Shown here one piece after another: positions 48,380-60,453 of a stretch of 64,000 nt of DNA. The stretch's first letter is position 1. The number at the start of each line of letters is the position of its first letter. Made by a program: the position numbers and the translations under genes. The DNA comes from Selaginella moellendorffii (lineage: Eukaryota; Plantae; Lycopodiophyta), in the NCBI RefSeq assembly GCF_000143415.4, contig NW_003314267.1, positions 2,136,932 through 2,200,931 of the forward strand. Direction: 5' to 3'. The notes under the pieces were generated by a model that was given only the letters and a program-made list of their open reading frames with translations, was not told where the DNA came from and searched no databases.

Positions 48380-50000
48380 GAGTACTTTCTTCTTGAATGA
48401 ATCTAACTCTTGATTCTTCACCTAGTCTGTTCTTCCTCTGGAATGTCTTACACTACGCTCCTTTCTGCTAGTCTTCCTTCTTCCTGAGCTATTTTGTTTG
48501 CTATCCTGAGCCCGAAAACTATCTTCTCACCTCCTTGCTTTCAGAGCAGTCCAAGAGTAGGCAGACAGATAGCATGAGTTGAAAGTCTGCCGCTACCTGA
48601 ACTTTGCTGCTCTACCTCTGCCGTTCCATGAAAATCTGCTGCTCCTAGCTAAGCTTTGCTGCTTCTCTACTGCTATTGCTAGCTGCTTCTCTGCTGCTGC
48701 TAACTTTGACTCTCCCTCCTGTCGAATACAAAGTGAGACACGAAGAAAACCACTTGCCTAGCTGCATAAGAACTCCGAGTGCATATCTCCCTATATGATG
48801 CCTGTTCCTCCTCCATTTACGTGCTACCTGTAAACAAAGTCAGACATCTCTATGCCTCTTGCTTAGCTCACCATTGTGCCGAATTCTGCTACCTGTAAAC
48901 AAAATCAGACACGGACTTCTTTTGTCGGAAGTGTTTATGGCACTCAAGGCATCCGTGGGTGTGACGCGGCTGGCGCTGTTCGTGTTTGGCTACGTCAAGC
49001 TGCTTTAGAACTCACTAACGTGCCGAATGCTGCTACCTGCAAACAAATCAGACACCAAGAAACAACCACTTCTCTACACCTCTTGTCTGGCTGCTTTGAA
49101 ACTCCGTGCATTGTTCCTCCTCCATTTTCGTTCTCCGCCGCTGTAGCTCCAGCTCCATCTAGCAGTATAAACCAACTCCTGCCATGCCTATCACGTAAAC
49201 CACTTTTCCTTGAAGGCAAAGACCTTGTCACCCGGATCGAACACCACGGGAAGCCTCGCAGCGCACCAAGTGTGGCGTGCTGCAAGCTGGGAAAGCATAC
49301 ACATCTAAGTGGAGATGGACGAGACAGTGGGCCACAAGCCGTGAAACGAAAAGCTCGTTGGCATAGCTCATAAGCTTGTCCTCGGGGCCTCACTGTCGTC
49401 GTCCTCGTCGAGCACAATGCTCTGCTGCAGCTGGGCGATCAAGGCTTTCACATGCTGGACATGTTTGCCCACCTGGAAACACAAAAACAAAACATTAGGT
49501 GAGATTAATTTGAGATGAAAAAATGAGGGAACTCATCAAAACTTCATCATTCTGCTTATTGATCAAATCGCGCTTCCTTGGCATTGCTTCGCCTCTTTGC
49601 AAATCCTCCTCCTTGTTCTTTGTCCCTCCCTCTCCACACCGCAAACCAACTCCATATATTTGTCCCAGGAACAAGGAGCCTTGTGGGAGGTTTTTTCGCC
49701 ACTTCAAGGCGCGGAGCTCCGGCAAAGCTGTGGAAGACCACTGTGAAGCTGGCGATTTGCAGCAACGCTAGCCATGTGGTGTGAGAACTTGGAAAGCTTG
49801 GGACAAGTTATCAAGGCAGCGATGAAACGAGGAGATTGGCTCCAGATGCCCAGGAGCTCCCTCTTTGTTGCTGGATTCGCGAGAGAAGGTGAGCTGCTAA
49901 AGCCTCGGAGCAGCAAGTCTCCTTGCCGGTTTTGACGAGGCCCGAGCTCTCGATGGCTTCCAGCACCCATTTTAAACCTCAACACTTCCTGTGTACCTGC
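48380..50000 (-). pseudogene. Degenerate multi-exon gene with duplicated small exons and coiled-coil-like segments
   Basis: Repeated acceptor TTTGTTT(A/G)CAG|GTAGCA at ~48825, ~48890 and ~49035. Fragment ESKLAAAEKQLAIAVEKQQ. Stops and frameshifts present. Confidence 0.35.
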
Positions 50001-51379
50001 GGTTTCGAGTGGTGAAGCTTACGCATTCCTTCTTCCTGTTCTTCTTTCTCCGATCGCTCGCTCGCGATCTCACCGTCGTGTTGTCGAGCGTGGTGCTCTC
50101 TCGGGATGCTACCAGAGGAGCCGAAACTTCAATGGTCACGCGAGCTCCCTGAGCTTCTTCTCGCAGAGCTCGAGATAAACTTCGCCGGCTGCCGGCCGTA
50201 CTCGTCAGTGCTTGAGAAAGTCACCAGGACCAGGGGATCGGCACGGTTGAGAACTGTCCCAAGTTCGCAGGATTCGACGGCTCCACCGCCACCCTCACTA
50301 TCGGAGCCGTCTCGCAACTTAAGCCCGCGAGTGGTCACCGTCTTGAGTCCATCGCCACCACGTTTCCAGCCGCTACATTGTGCCGATCATGCAGTGACAG
50401 TCGCCACCTCAAAGCTCCGCTTGTCCGTTCCGTAGCGACAGTTGGATCGTAGACCTCCGAGAGCACGTAGATTCTCTAGCCAGCAATTGCAGAGGCCCCA
50501 TTCCCAGCCACCGGAGAGAAGTCTGCACAAAACCCGAAATTTCCTCTTCTTCGTGCTGTTCCTCGTCACGGAAGAAGTAGCTCTCGGATCGAAAGCCACT
50601 GACAATGCCCTTCACCTCGGGTAGCGGCGAGAGCTTGAGCTCCGTGCCGAGTCTGTCCACCTTGTTGAGCCCGACCGGAGCACAGAGTGGCGTGGATTCC
50701 CTCGCAAATATCCAACAAAACGAGAGCTCAATCTTACTGCCATGGAGACCTCGCCGGCGTGATCAATGGAGGTGCTCTTGATCGTGATGCTCGTCGTTGA
50801 GGAGGTAGCGAAGCTTACCCGCTTGCTTGGAGTGAGCGACGCTATCGCCGGCAAGACATGTTCCATCGTCGCTATAGCTGTGCCACGTCGGATGATCTCG
50901 CCTGGCAACACGAAGCGAGTGACGATCCTTTGCTAGGATTCGCTTTTCAAATTATTTTCATCTTCTGCTCTTCATCACCTGTTGCCTCCTTTTTGCCAGG
51001 AACATCTTGAGATCATGGAGGCGAGGCTCTTCTTCAATGAACTTCGGGTTGTCAACCATAGTCGTCAGCACCTCCACGACCACGTCCAAATTGAAGCTGT
51101 TATTGAAGCGGTCAATCAACCTGCAAACGAGAATGAACACGGCAGGAGGAAAGAGACGTGAGCTTACGCCTGAGAAGCAGATGCTTCATCCGTCTTGGGT
51201 GACACTCGTCATCTCCTTGCAGGTTTGCACCCAACCTGAAAATCAAACATACATTTACAGACCAGGAACATATATAGACTCACAAATCTTGGGGAAGTTG
51301 TGGACAAACGACGAGCTCTTCTGCCAAGAAAAGAGGAAGCGATCCACTGCCATGGCCTCCTCCGCCCGAACGAACACCA

Positions 51380-52260
51380 ACACCTCCTGGAAACACTGCT
51401 GAAGTTTAGCCATCTCCATCGCTGCAGCAACTTGGATCTCCTTGGGGCCGTAGGAGGCAGAGGAGAAGCCAATGATCTTAAGGCTGCTGCTGTTGTGGCT
51501 TCTGCTTCCGAGGAGGATCTTGAGAGGATGAGACCCCTGGCGTGAATCTTGGCAAGAGCTTCATTGGCAGGAGCAGGTGCTGCTTGCACGTCTCGCACAC
51601 TGAACGTGAAGTAGCTACCGCGAGGTTTACCTTCGTCGCTGGTCATCACGTAGGCGAACATTGTCCCACACAAGAAACCCCACGAGACGAGTTGTGGTAT
51701 CATTTGTGGCCCTGCATTTGTGGAGCGTCTTTGTACGCGTCCACCTCGGTGACGATCTTCCGGAGGTTGGTCGTCTCGGCGTTTGGAAACCGTAGTCAAG
51801 TCCTGCACCTTGAGAACCACCTCCTTCTGCTTGTACTTGGCGGAGATGACGGATGAATCAGTGTCTCTCGACCACTTGCAAGAGACATCCTCCGAGATTC
51901 TCCATGCCTTGGCTATGGACTTGAAGCTTTCCACCACACGGGAAAGAGCTTGGACAAGCTTAGCGAGTAATCTCTGACCACCACGCTGAACTGGAGCGGA
52001 AAGGAAAAAGTACCTTGGCATACCAGATGGATCCACATTCCACCAGAGCACCAAAGAAAGCACTGGTGACCAGCATGTACGTGAAAAGCCTCCTGTAACA
52101 CTTGGATGAGTGCAAGAAAAAGGAAACACACACAACCAAGCCAGACCTTACACATTCCTCTAGAGAGAAGTCAATAATCCCAACGATAAGAGGCCGATTG
52201 CCTCTTGCGTCCTTGACATATATGTCCGGCCGGCCGAATGTGTGTTTCCAAAGCTGTCCC
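51380..52260 (-). pseudogene. Frameshifted restriction-endonuclease-fold plus atypical kinase gene (Crinkler/CR-like)
   Basis: Motifs spread over different frames: GRPDIYVKD, LFTYMLVTSAFFGAL..GSIWYAK, VVLKVQD, EVDAYK...MQG..IPQLVSWG, ALAKIHARG, KIIGFSSA. Confidence 0.55.
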
Positions 52261-53969
52261 CGGAAATCTCTGAGAGCACCAGAGAAGCTCTTTGGGCACT
52301 TCCAGCAGACCCTCAAGACTCTGCTGTGCCTACTTCTGTGTGTGGATTGGACGCCTGCCACTTTGCATGAATTTCATCCAGCGGCGCACACCATCAGCGC
52401 TACACACACTAGCCAGCCGCTCTCCAGCCATAAAAATTCTATTATGGTTTTAGAAAATGCTAGGACCATAGATAAGATGTCTGAATCTACCTGGTAATTT
52501 CCAAAAGAAAGTTCAATAATGAAGTAATTATTATATGATCACCTTTTAATAATGTGGAGCATGAAATCTCTACTATTACCTGATCATTACCAGATCGTCC
52601 AGTTCCCATTTCCCTGTAGCGCAAGCAAACTTTATGAGTCAGGACTCACCATAAGTCCGTTCTATAGACGTGTAAGCAACAGTTCCACAAGGAAATTTCA
52701 AAATCTTGGCATGAAATCGCAGGAGCAAAGACGAGCATCCGAATGATTTGCCGTCACAATCAAGGCTTTCCATCAGAATGGAAAGATCAGAGTAGGACTT
52801 ATCGGGAGCAAGATATGGAGAGTACCAGCGGCTAGATATGTAGCTTTGCTGAATTGTTTCGAAACGCTGCAAAGATTGGAGGGCTGTGTGTTGATGTCAA
52901 ACTAAAGTGCTATCTATTAGTGAAGATGACTGTAAAGTTCCAAGTAATAGCCAGCTGCACTCTTGCAACCTGAACGGAAGATTTCGAGCCGTACTGTTTT
53001 TGTCATAAACCAAAGAACCTCACCAGTTGCAAGCAAAGTTCGTGTACCGTCCTGTCGCAAGGAACTCAGGAAGTGGGAAGAAACTAAAAACCGGTCATGA
53101 ACCTTGTGATAGAAGATTGTCTCTTTGCGTTCAATGCATGGTTCAGCAAAGGACGTGGCCTACAGCCAGAAATCTGGTCTCTGACTTGCCGATACTTTAA
53201 ATATTGGTACTTTTGCGTAAGATCCGCTCCACCTTAGTTAACACAAGCTCTCACGAGGAGAAGGCTCCTGTCAATATATAGATTGGAAGGAGGACTCCTT
53301 GCAGAAAATGTGTTTTTGCTGCAAAATGGGATATAGATCTATCATGGTCCAAGTTTGATGGAGTAACTCGTTAGATTAGGATTCATCCATTCATGTGTTC
53401 CATATGAAATCAAGAACACCGTAGCTGAGTTCTCTAAAAGAGCGAAAGCCTTCTAGTGAACCATAATAAGTTCTTTGGCAGGCTTATCTTCAAATCAAAT
53501 CCCGGCTAAGCATTGGAGAACCGAAGCACGAAAACTTTATAAACTTACTTTTCATCGTTTGAAACAAAGGACTCTTAACCCCACCTAAACAAAACGAGAA
53601 AAGACAATCAGAAACCATGAGATGGTTTTTTCTGATGAACAGCTTACCTGCTGAAGCAACTCCTAGGAAACCAATGGCATTAATACGTTCAAGTCCTCCG
53701 CGATCAATCTCGTCTCCGAGCAGGGATTGTCCAACGTTGTGATCATTTGCAAGCGCAGTAGCATGGAGAATGATCCTCCATCTTTACCAGAGGCATGGCA
53801 TTCTTTCTCTTGCTTTCCTTCTCTTTGAATGAATGTGAGATTCTATCAAGCAGGACTTGGACACCCAGCACTTGCGGAGGATTTCGTTCAAGTGAGAGCT
53901 CCTTATCGATCGATCGATCCAAAGTTCCATCTGTGTATATAGGTACGAAGGCATACACCCTCCTCCGGC

Positions 53970-54796
53970 TTCCTTACGAGAGTGCAAAATCCGGATGGTT
54001 AAAATGGGTCCAGCTTCCCGCCTTGCTCGTTGCCAGTGAGAACCATTTGCCCAATTGCCGGCACTGTGCCAGTGCCAAGGTTGCCCATGAGATCGAGCGT
54101 TTTGGGATCATACGACTCCACGCCAGACCCTGCACAGAAAAAAATGTTTTAGAACAGAAGAACGATCTTGCCCAATCTTGAACAGCAAGAGGAAAGGAAG
54201 ACGTTCTTCTCTCTTTTTTGTTCTCGAAAATTAAAGACCGATGCATGGGAGGGAGATCTCTAGAAGAGAAGATTGAAGAAGATTGTAGCAGCGAGGTGAT
54301 TTACCGGATGAGGCTGAATCAGCGGCGGTGGTGGCGATGGCGATGGCCGCAGGGGAGCCGGAGGTGCCGGAGGCGGTGGCCGCCTCGATGCGGCGGCGCT
54401 TGTGTTTCTCGCTAGCATTCTTGTTATGGAACCAGTAGTAAACATTGGCACCGTCGACCGGCTGACGAGCTCGTTTATCTCTGAGATTTTCTCGTGCGAT
54501 GGACGCGTCACTTTTGCGTAGAATTCCTCCAAGATTTGCAGCTGCTCCTGTTTGGGTGCCATCGCTTCTGCACGGACCTCGTCGGCGTTGGCACGGAAGA
54601 GATATCGGTGTAGTCCCTGCGACCTTGCGGAAGAACGATTGAGCAATGCCCAAGCCAAGCAACAAAACGAAAACAAAGCGATCGAGGTAGCGAGAGAGAA
54701 AGATACCTCTGTGATGGACATGCAAGGCCCTGATCTCCATGCGCTCGATCTGATCAGATGTGGACGATGCCAGCGATGAAACCGCCTGCTCCTCAT
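53970..54796 (-). pseudogene. WOX-like homeobox pseudogene, copy 1
   Basis: RWHPNR/(frameshift)EQLQILEEFYAK...PSHEKISEINELV/(frameshift)PVDGANVYYWFHNKNASEKHKRRR. Downstream exon GQMVLTGNEQGGKLDPF*PSGFCTLV has an in-frame stop. Confidence 0.8.
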
Positions 54797-56511
54797 TCGA
54801 TACTAGCTCCGGGGATCGATCGATAGCGAAGAACAGCCGAAGGCAGGGATTTTGCTTGCACAGGAGCTGGAGAAATGGAGAAAGAGCAGCTTGGAAGAGC
54901 GGCGGTCGCGTCCCTATTGTGTCGCACTTACTCTCAGAATTTTCTCCCACTGTACTTTAAACAAGATTATTAAGTATTGACTTCCTCTTCTCCTGTTTGT
55001 TTTTTTTTAAATTCTTGTTTTCAAATTGTTTTCTTCCAATGATTTTTGAGATGCTAGCAGCAGCTACAGCTTTGCATTGCTGCAGTGTGATTCGGTTTGA
55101 TGAGATTTATTATTTTCACGATGCTTCAGCCGATTATCTTCTTGCCCGTTGAAGCTAGAACAGGCTAGCAACGCAGCCGAGGATCGGGGCTCTCGTTTTT
55201 CATCAGCTGGAAGACCTGTGGCTCGCCATTCTCGACGTATGCCATCATGAGTGACACTACGCTTTACTCCGACGTCCCAAAGCTTGGCGAGCTCTGGATA
55301 TGGCACACTTTACATATACATGTCCACCGTGCAGTTGCTTTCTGGCTTCCTCCTTTTGCAAGACCTTACTTCGACTAGCTTTGCTGCTTTCCTTTGCTGC
55401 TAAGCCCTCGCAGGCGGTGGTCATGGGTGGGCCGATCTAGTTAAAAGGTCGGGGGACAACGATCCGCCGCTCGCGCAGCGATGACCGTTGCCGACGAAGA
55501 GTCCGACAGCAGCGTCAAATAACACATGTATTCATGACTATGAGAAACTCGAAGAGTTCGAGAGTGTCGTCGGCTTAAACGTACCCATGGCCAAGCCATT
55601 CCACAGCACGAGAAGCTCGAGCAAAAACTTTCAAAAGAGCAAAAAGACAACTGTGTCGTTGTATCGAACTCCGTGCCTTAGTCCGGAACCGGAACCAAAC
55701 TGACCATCTGTCAGAGAAGTGGAGGGGAGGAATATAGCTGCAAAAGGAGAAAAGATAATCAGAAAATATGAGATGGTTCTTTGATGAACAGCCTACCTGC
55801 GTCGAGAATTGACCGGGTGCTGTACGTAGAAAGTGAGATTACAATAAGTGCATATAACCATGCAGAGATGAAGTGCTTCAACCACACACTGACCAAAAAT
55901 GATTCTTGTCAGTAATTCACCTGCAGAATCCTCTGTCTGCTATAGAAGATGTTACGTCTCCTCACTGATTGAGGTTTTGGTTTGAAACTCAATCTACACC
56001 ATGGATTTTTCATTAGCACCGCAGCATCTATGTTCCTCAGATTTCCCCCAGAATGTCAGTCTCAAGGCCATGCAATCACCTTGAACGGATCTCTCCTTGT
56101 AAAGAAGCAAAACAGTGAATCCTTTTGGAGTACTCACGGAATCTGTGAGTGAGGCATGGCCTCAAGGTCATCCTTCAGCTCATCAGCAGCACTTCAACTT
56201 CAATGGAAGTTTACTTGAAAGCCTGAGAACCAGAAGGACGCCTCGATCATGATTCCCATATCCAGGCAGCGCAAGCAAACGCATGCAAATCATCAGCACC
56301 TTTGGAAGTAAATTGCCGCCTTGGCAGTGCTCATGTTATTGATGTGCAGCGCCACCATCGAAGACGAACTCCATGGCCTGAGCCGGATCGCCTAACGAAC
56401 ACCGATCTCGAGAGGAAATTTGGTTTTACTTGGAAAGATAAAAAGATTTGCGTACATGATTCATAACCTCAAATTGCGCGATCGAAGGGCTGGTCTTGCG
56501 GGACGGGGATT

Positions 56512-57404
56512 TCATTCTGTCGTTGAAATGTTCCTACACCCAAGACGAAGAATGAGAAAGAAAAAAAAGAGAAGAGGATGGCTTTCCATCTTCCTTACGA
56601 GACTGCACTCCAGAGCGCCGCGCTCGTTGGTGGGAACAATCGCTGGCGCCACGCCATCGTCAACATTTCGGAGCGTTATGAGAGACGACTCCGGGCCAGA
56701 CCCTGCACAGAAAAAAATGTTATAGAACAGGGCTTGGAAGAAAAGAAAGAACGCAAAGATCTTCCCCAGTTAACTATAGCTACGGCAGCTCTAACGATCT
56801 ATCAGAACAAGAAAAGAAAATCCTCTCATTTTTTTCCTCCTCTCTTCGCAAGGAGTGCTGGAAATGAAAAACCGATGGATATGATATGATTCATGGACTC
56901 GTCCTCTGCACTGGATTTACCGGATGAAGCTGACGCAGCGGCGGTGGTGGCGATGGCGGAGGCGCATGCGCCGGAGGCGGCGTTGGCCTCCTCGATGCGG
57001 CGGCGCTGCCGTCTCTCGCGGGCCTTCTTGTTCTGGAACCAGAAGTAGACTTTGGACTCAGAGACCGGGCCATGATCATGGTCGACGAGGTCGACTATCT
57101 CTGCGATGTTCTCCTGAGATGGCATCGTCCCTTTCGAGTAAAGATCCTCCAGGACGGCCAGCTGCTCTCTGTTCGGCAGCCATCTCTCATGCGGGGGCCT
57201 CGCCGAAGCTGCCACGAGATCGTTGTTTTCCCTTTGACCTTGCGAAAGAACGATTGCTGTGTCAGTCAAGCAGCAAACAAAAGCAAAAAAATGGACAGAT
57301 CGACTTCGAATTCGGTGTTCTTTGTGCAATGCCTTAAGCTCCAGAATCTGCGTGCGGCGATCGACCTGAGACGACGCCCGCGGTGAAACCGCGCGCCGGC
57401 TCAT
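56512..57404 (-). CDS. WOX: WUSCHEL-related homeobox protein (divergent, intermediate-clade-like), copy 2, apparently intact
   Basis: RWLPNREQLAVLEDLYSKGTMPSQENIAEIVDLVDHDHGPVSESKVYFWFQNKKARERR. A predicted intron at 56703-56920 joins in frame to PAIVPTNERGALECSL. 3' end approximate. Confidence 0.82.
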
Positions 57405-59019
57405 TCGAAAAGCAAAAATGTGATCGGCGATGCGATTCTTGGGGGAGAGAGGGAGAGAGAGAGGCGCTAGAAAAATAGCTAGGCGGTTCGTGTCCCTATT
57501 GTGTATTTCACCTGATATTTGGGAAAATCAATTTATTCGTCTCACTTACTCTGAGACGCGCCAATAGGATTTTTTTAATTCTTTCGAGTAAAAGTCTTCT
57601 TCTTAATGTTTTTGAGAAAGATTTTTGAGAGCTAACAACATGCTCTGCTGCAGTTTGGTTAGGTGTGATGAGATTTTCAAGAGCAGTAAGATGTGGCAGG
57701 AAAAAAAAAAAAGACCAAGAACCTACAGCCGACCCAAAAAGATCTTGGGGAACAATTTAAAGTCCCTATGAGAACTCTTGGATGATATCCCAGGGTATGG
57801 TCCAGAGTTTCCAAAGAAGGATCTGTGGGGGAGTTTTTCTTGTTCGAGTAGGCCATTGTCAACCATGGCAATTTCACAATCATCTCACATCGTGACGCTG
57901 GAAAAAAAACTAATGAATGAAACCAATTAATGTAAGAAGAAGAGATTCTTGAGCTGAGTATTTTCCGAGCTGTGGTTGATCACGTCATTAATCTTAGCAA
58001 CACGTTGCTAGCCAATATTAGGATAAAGGGGCACTGGCTAAAGGGGCCTTGTTTAACATATAAGAATATTCTTGCCTTATTCATCAGCCACTAGAATTGA
58101 ACTGGGTTCAATACCAATATTAAAATTTTATCTCTTACACCTTAACCCAACTTGCTAAAAAGGTGATTATTTGTTTGTAACCTTTTGTCCTATTTTATTA
58201 TCTTGACTGGTGCCTAACACCAACCTGCGAGTTGATGGTGACATGGCTCAAAACAAATTCAATGTGTCATTAAGATTAATGGTGTAATTGCTATAGGTGG
58301 TGATGCATTGCTCAACCTGGTAAAAATCTCCTAGCATTGCAAGCACTGAAGCACTTTTGTACAGTCTATTAACCTTCATTTAGCCCTCCCATTTGACTTC
58401 CCACCATGATCTCCACGGCTTGGAATTGAACCAGATTCCCATGTACTTTGTTTCATCAGTCTCAACCTGTATTTCGCAAGAATTAACTGGCCGGAAATGC
58501 AGCGGCAGATTCTAACTCGTAAGTAAGTAATGTTTGCTTGTAGCAGCGACCGTGGTGATACAAAGCATAAGGTCTCATGCTTCTCAATGGGCATTGCAAG
58601 ACTAGAAACAGAGGATAGATAGATATAAATAGATACGTGAAAGCTCATGTCTCCACCAGGAGAGAGATCTTTGCTGGAGTCAATGCTGTCCAAGTAGAGC
58701 ACAGTCTAAGCACTTGATTGCCTTGAGAGGAAACCACAACAATATAAGCTCACAGCCCCAGCCAGCGGTGCCTACCTAGATCTTTGGCCAGGAAGCTGCC
58801 TGGTCTTGACCAGAAACGTTCCTATCCAGTTCCCATTTCCCTGCACGATCAAACGCATGTAGATCATCAACACCTTTGGAAGCAAATCACCGTGCTGCTA
58901 TCGATGTAAAGATCGACCGCCAGCGCCACCATCAACGACGAACTCCATGTCCAAAGCCGGATCGCCTTTAGAACGCTAATGTGGACTTTCCCCTATGCTA
59001 ATAAGATGGATGCTAGGGC

Positions 59020-59540
59020 GATTCCGCGCGCTCTTCGTACATAAACCCTGCCGTTTTTAGAACAGGCTACGAAGAAGAAAAGGCTCTCTTATTTGTTCTC
59101 GCAGAGAATGAAAGACAGATGGGATTGATCAGAAGAAAGAAGAGAATATGATCCATTGTAGTGTAGTAACGAGGTGATTTACCCATGTCCGGCTCAAAAG
59201 CTGCGGTGCGACAGCGGGAGAGGAAGAGGCGGAAGCGCCAGAGGCGGCGTTGGCCTCCTCGAGGTGAATTTCTTCTTACCAGTTGAAAACATTGGAATCG
59301 TGGGCCGTGGCGGCCTACGAGCTCGACTATCTCGGCGATATTCTTGAGTAATGGCGGCATCGCTCCGGGTAGAATTCATAGCTGGGAAATCAATGAGTTC
59401 ATGAGCAACATACAACTTGTCGAAGTCCCCCCATCGATTGCTATGTCAAAACGACAATAAAACGATCGAGAGAAGATACTTGTGATCCACATGCAAGGCC
59501 CTGAATCTCCTGAGCGACCTGACAGATTCGGATGGTGGCG
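59020..59540 (-). pseudogene. WOX-like homeobox relic, copy 3
   Basis: NIAEIVELVGRHGP, a decayed NVFNW, and nucleotide homology (GAGGAGGCCAACGCCGCC, GGTAAATCACCTCG) to copies 1 and 2. Multiple deletions. Confidence 0.72.
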
Positions 59541-60137
59541 CCTGCTAGAAGAGGGATCGTTTTGCTTAGAAATAGCTTCTTAAGCCTTTTTTGAAAGGAA
59601 GCAAAAACACCTAAAAAGTTTGGAATCCATTTCCGTTTTTAGGTAGTTTTCTTGTTGAGAATTTGGTTTGGGATTTGAGATGTTAGCAGCAGCTGCAGCC
59701 TTACATTGCCCCTCGAGCAAAGACCTAGGAGAACTAAAGGAGAACTCTAATCAATTTTTCTCATTTTCAACAAACGAAGAAGTATGTATCCGAGATTACA
59801 CTGGTATTGAGTGTTGGCTAGTTTGCAAAGGGACGAGTGAAAGTTGTTTGGAAATATGTGACGCTGTTTCACGAGCGCAAACATCCACCTTTAAACACCT
59901 TAATGTGTCTTGATTGTGATTCAGTGCTACCGCTTGTCATCAAGCAAGAGCTTCGATGCAATGCACAAGAGCTAGAGATTAAATAGCTTGAAGAGAAAAA
60001 AAGAGCACCATGGTTGATGCTCACAATTACCATTTGAGATGGGATTAAATAGCTTAGGAAGAAAGAAAGAGCACTGGGTGGGGTCGTGTCCCTTGTGTTT
60101 GCACCTTATTATTAACGTACGCAATTACCATTTGAGA

Positions 60138-60453
60138 AATTGCAAGCGTCAACCAGGTGGAAACGCAAACAGCGCTCTTTCTTTCTCTCCAAGCTATTTA
60201 ATCTCGTCTCAAATGGTAATTGCGAGCATCAACCAGGTGCAAACACAAAAGGACATGGACACTCTCTTTCTCTCAAAGCCTTGGAGAGAAAGAAAGATTG
60301 TGTCCTCTTGGAGAGAAAGAAAGAATGGCAGGTCGTGTCCCTTTGTGTTTGCACTTGGTTGATGCTCACAATTACCATTTGAGACGAGATTAAATAGCTT
60401 GGAGAGAAAGAACGAGCGCTGTTTGCGTTTCCACCTGGTTGACGCTTGCAATT
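60138..60453. repeat. Long inverted repeat (118-bp arms, 4 mismatches) within an ~80-100-bp tandem repeat array (59975-60464)
   Basis: 60138-60255 is the reverse complement of 60336-60453. The ORF track shows the same peptide on both strands. Confidence 0.95.

Noticed and set aside
52550-53960. Naming the second gene fragment in the WOX repeat units (also 55450-56400 and 58700-58970)
   Set aside because: Exon-like pieces and splice sites are visible, but all frames are interrupted and I could not recognise the family.
57680-58460. Possible LINE 3' remnant on the minus strand (KYMGIWFNS; ETLDH)
   Set aside because: Only two or three short motif resemblances among many stops, with no clear TSD. 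Too weak to annotate.
60140-60451. Twin 80-aa ORFs on opposite strands, or a specific known miRNA
   Set aside because: The ORFs are a by-product of the inverted repeat. I could not match a known mature miRNA without a database.
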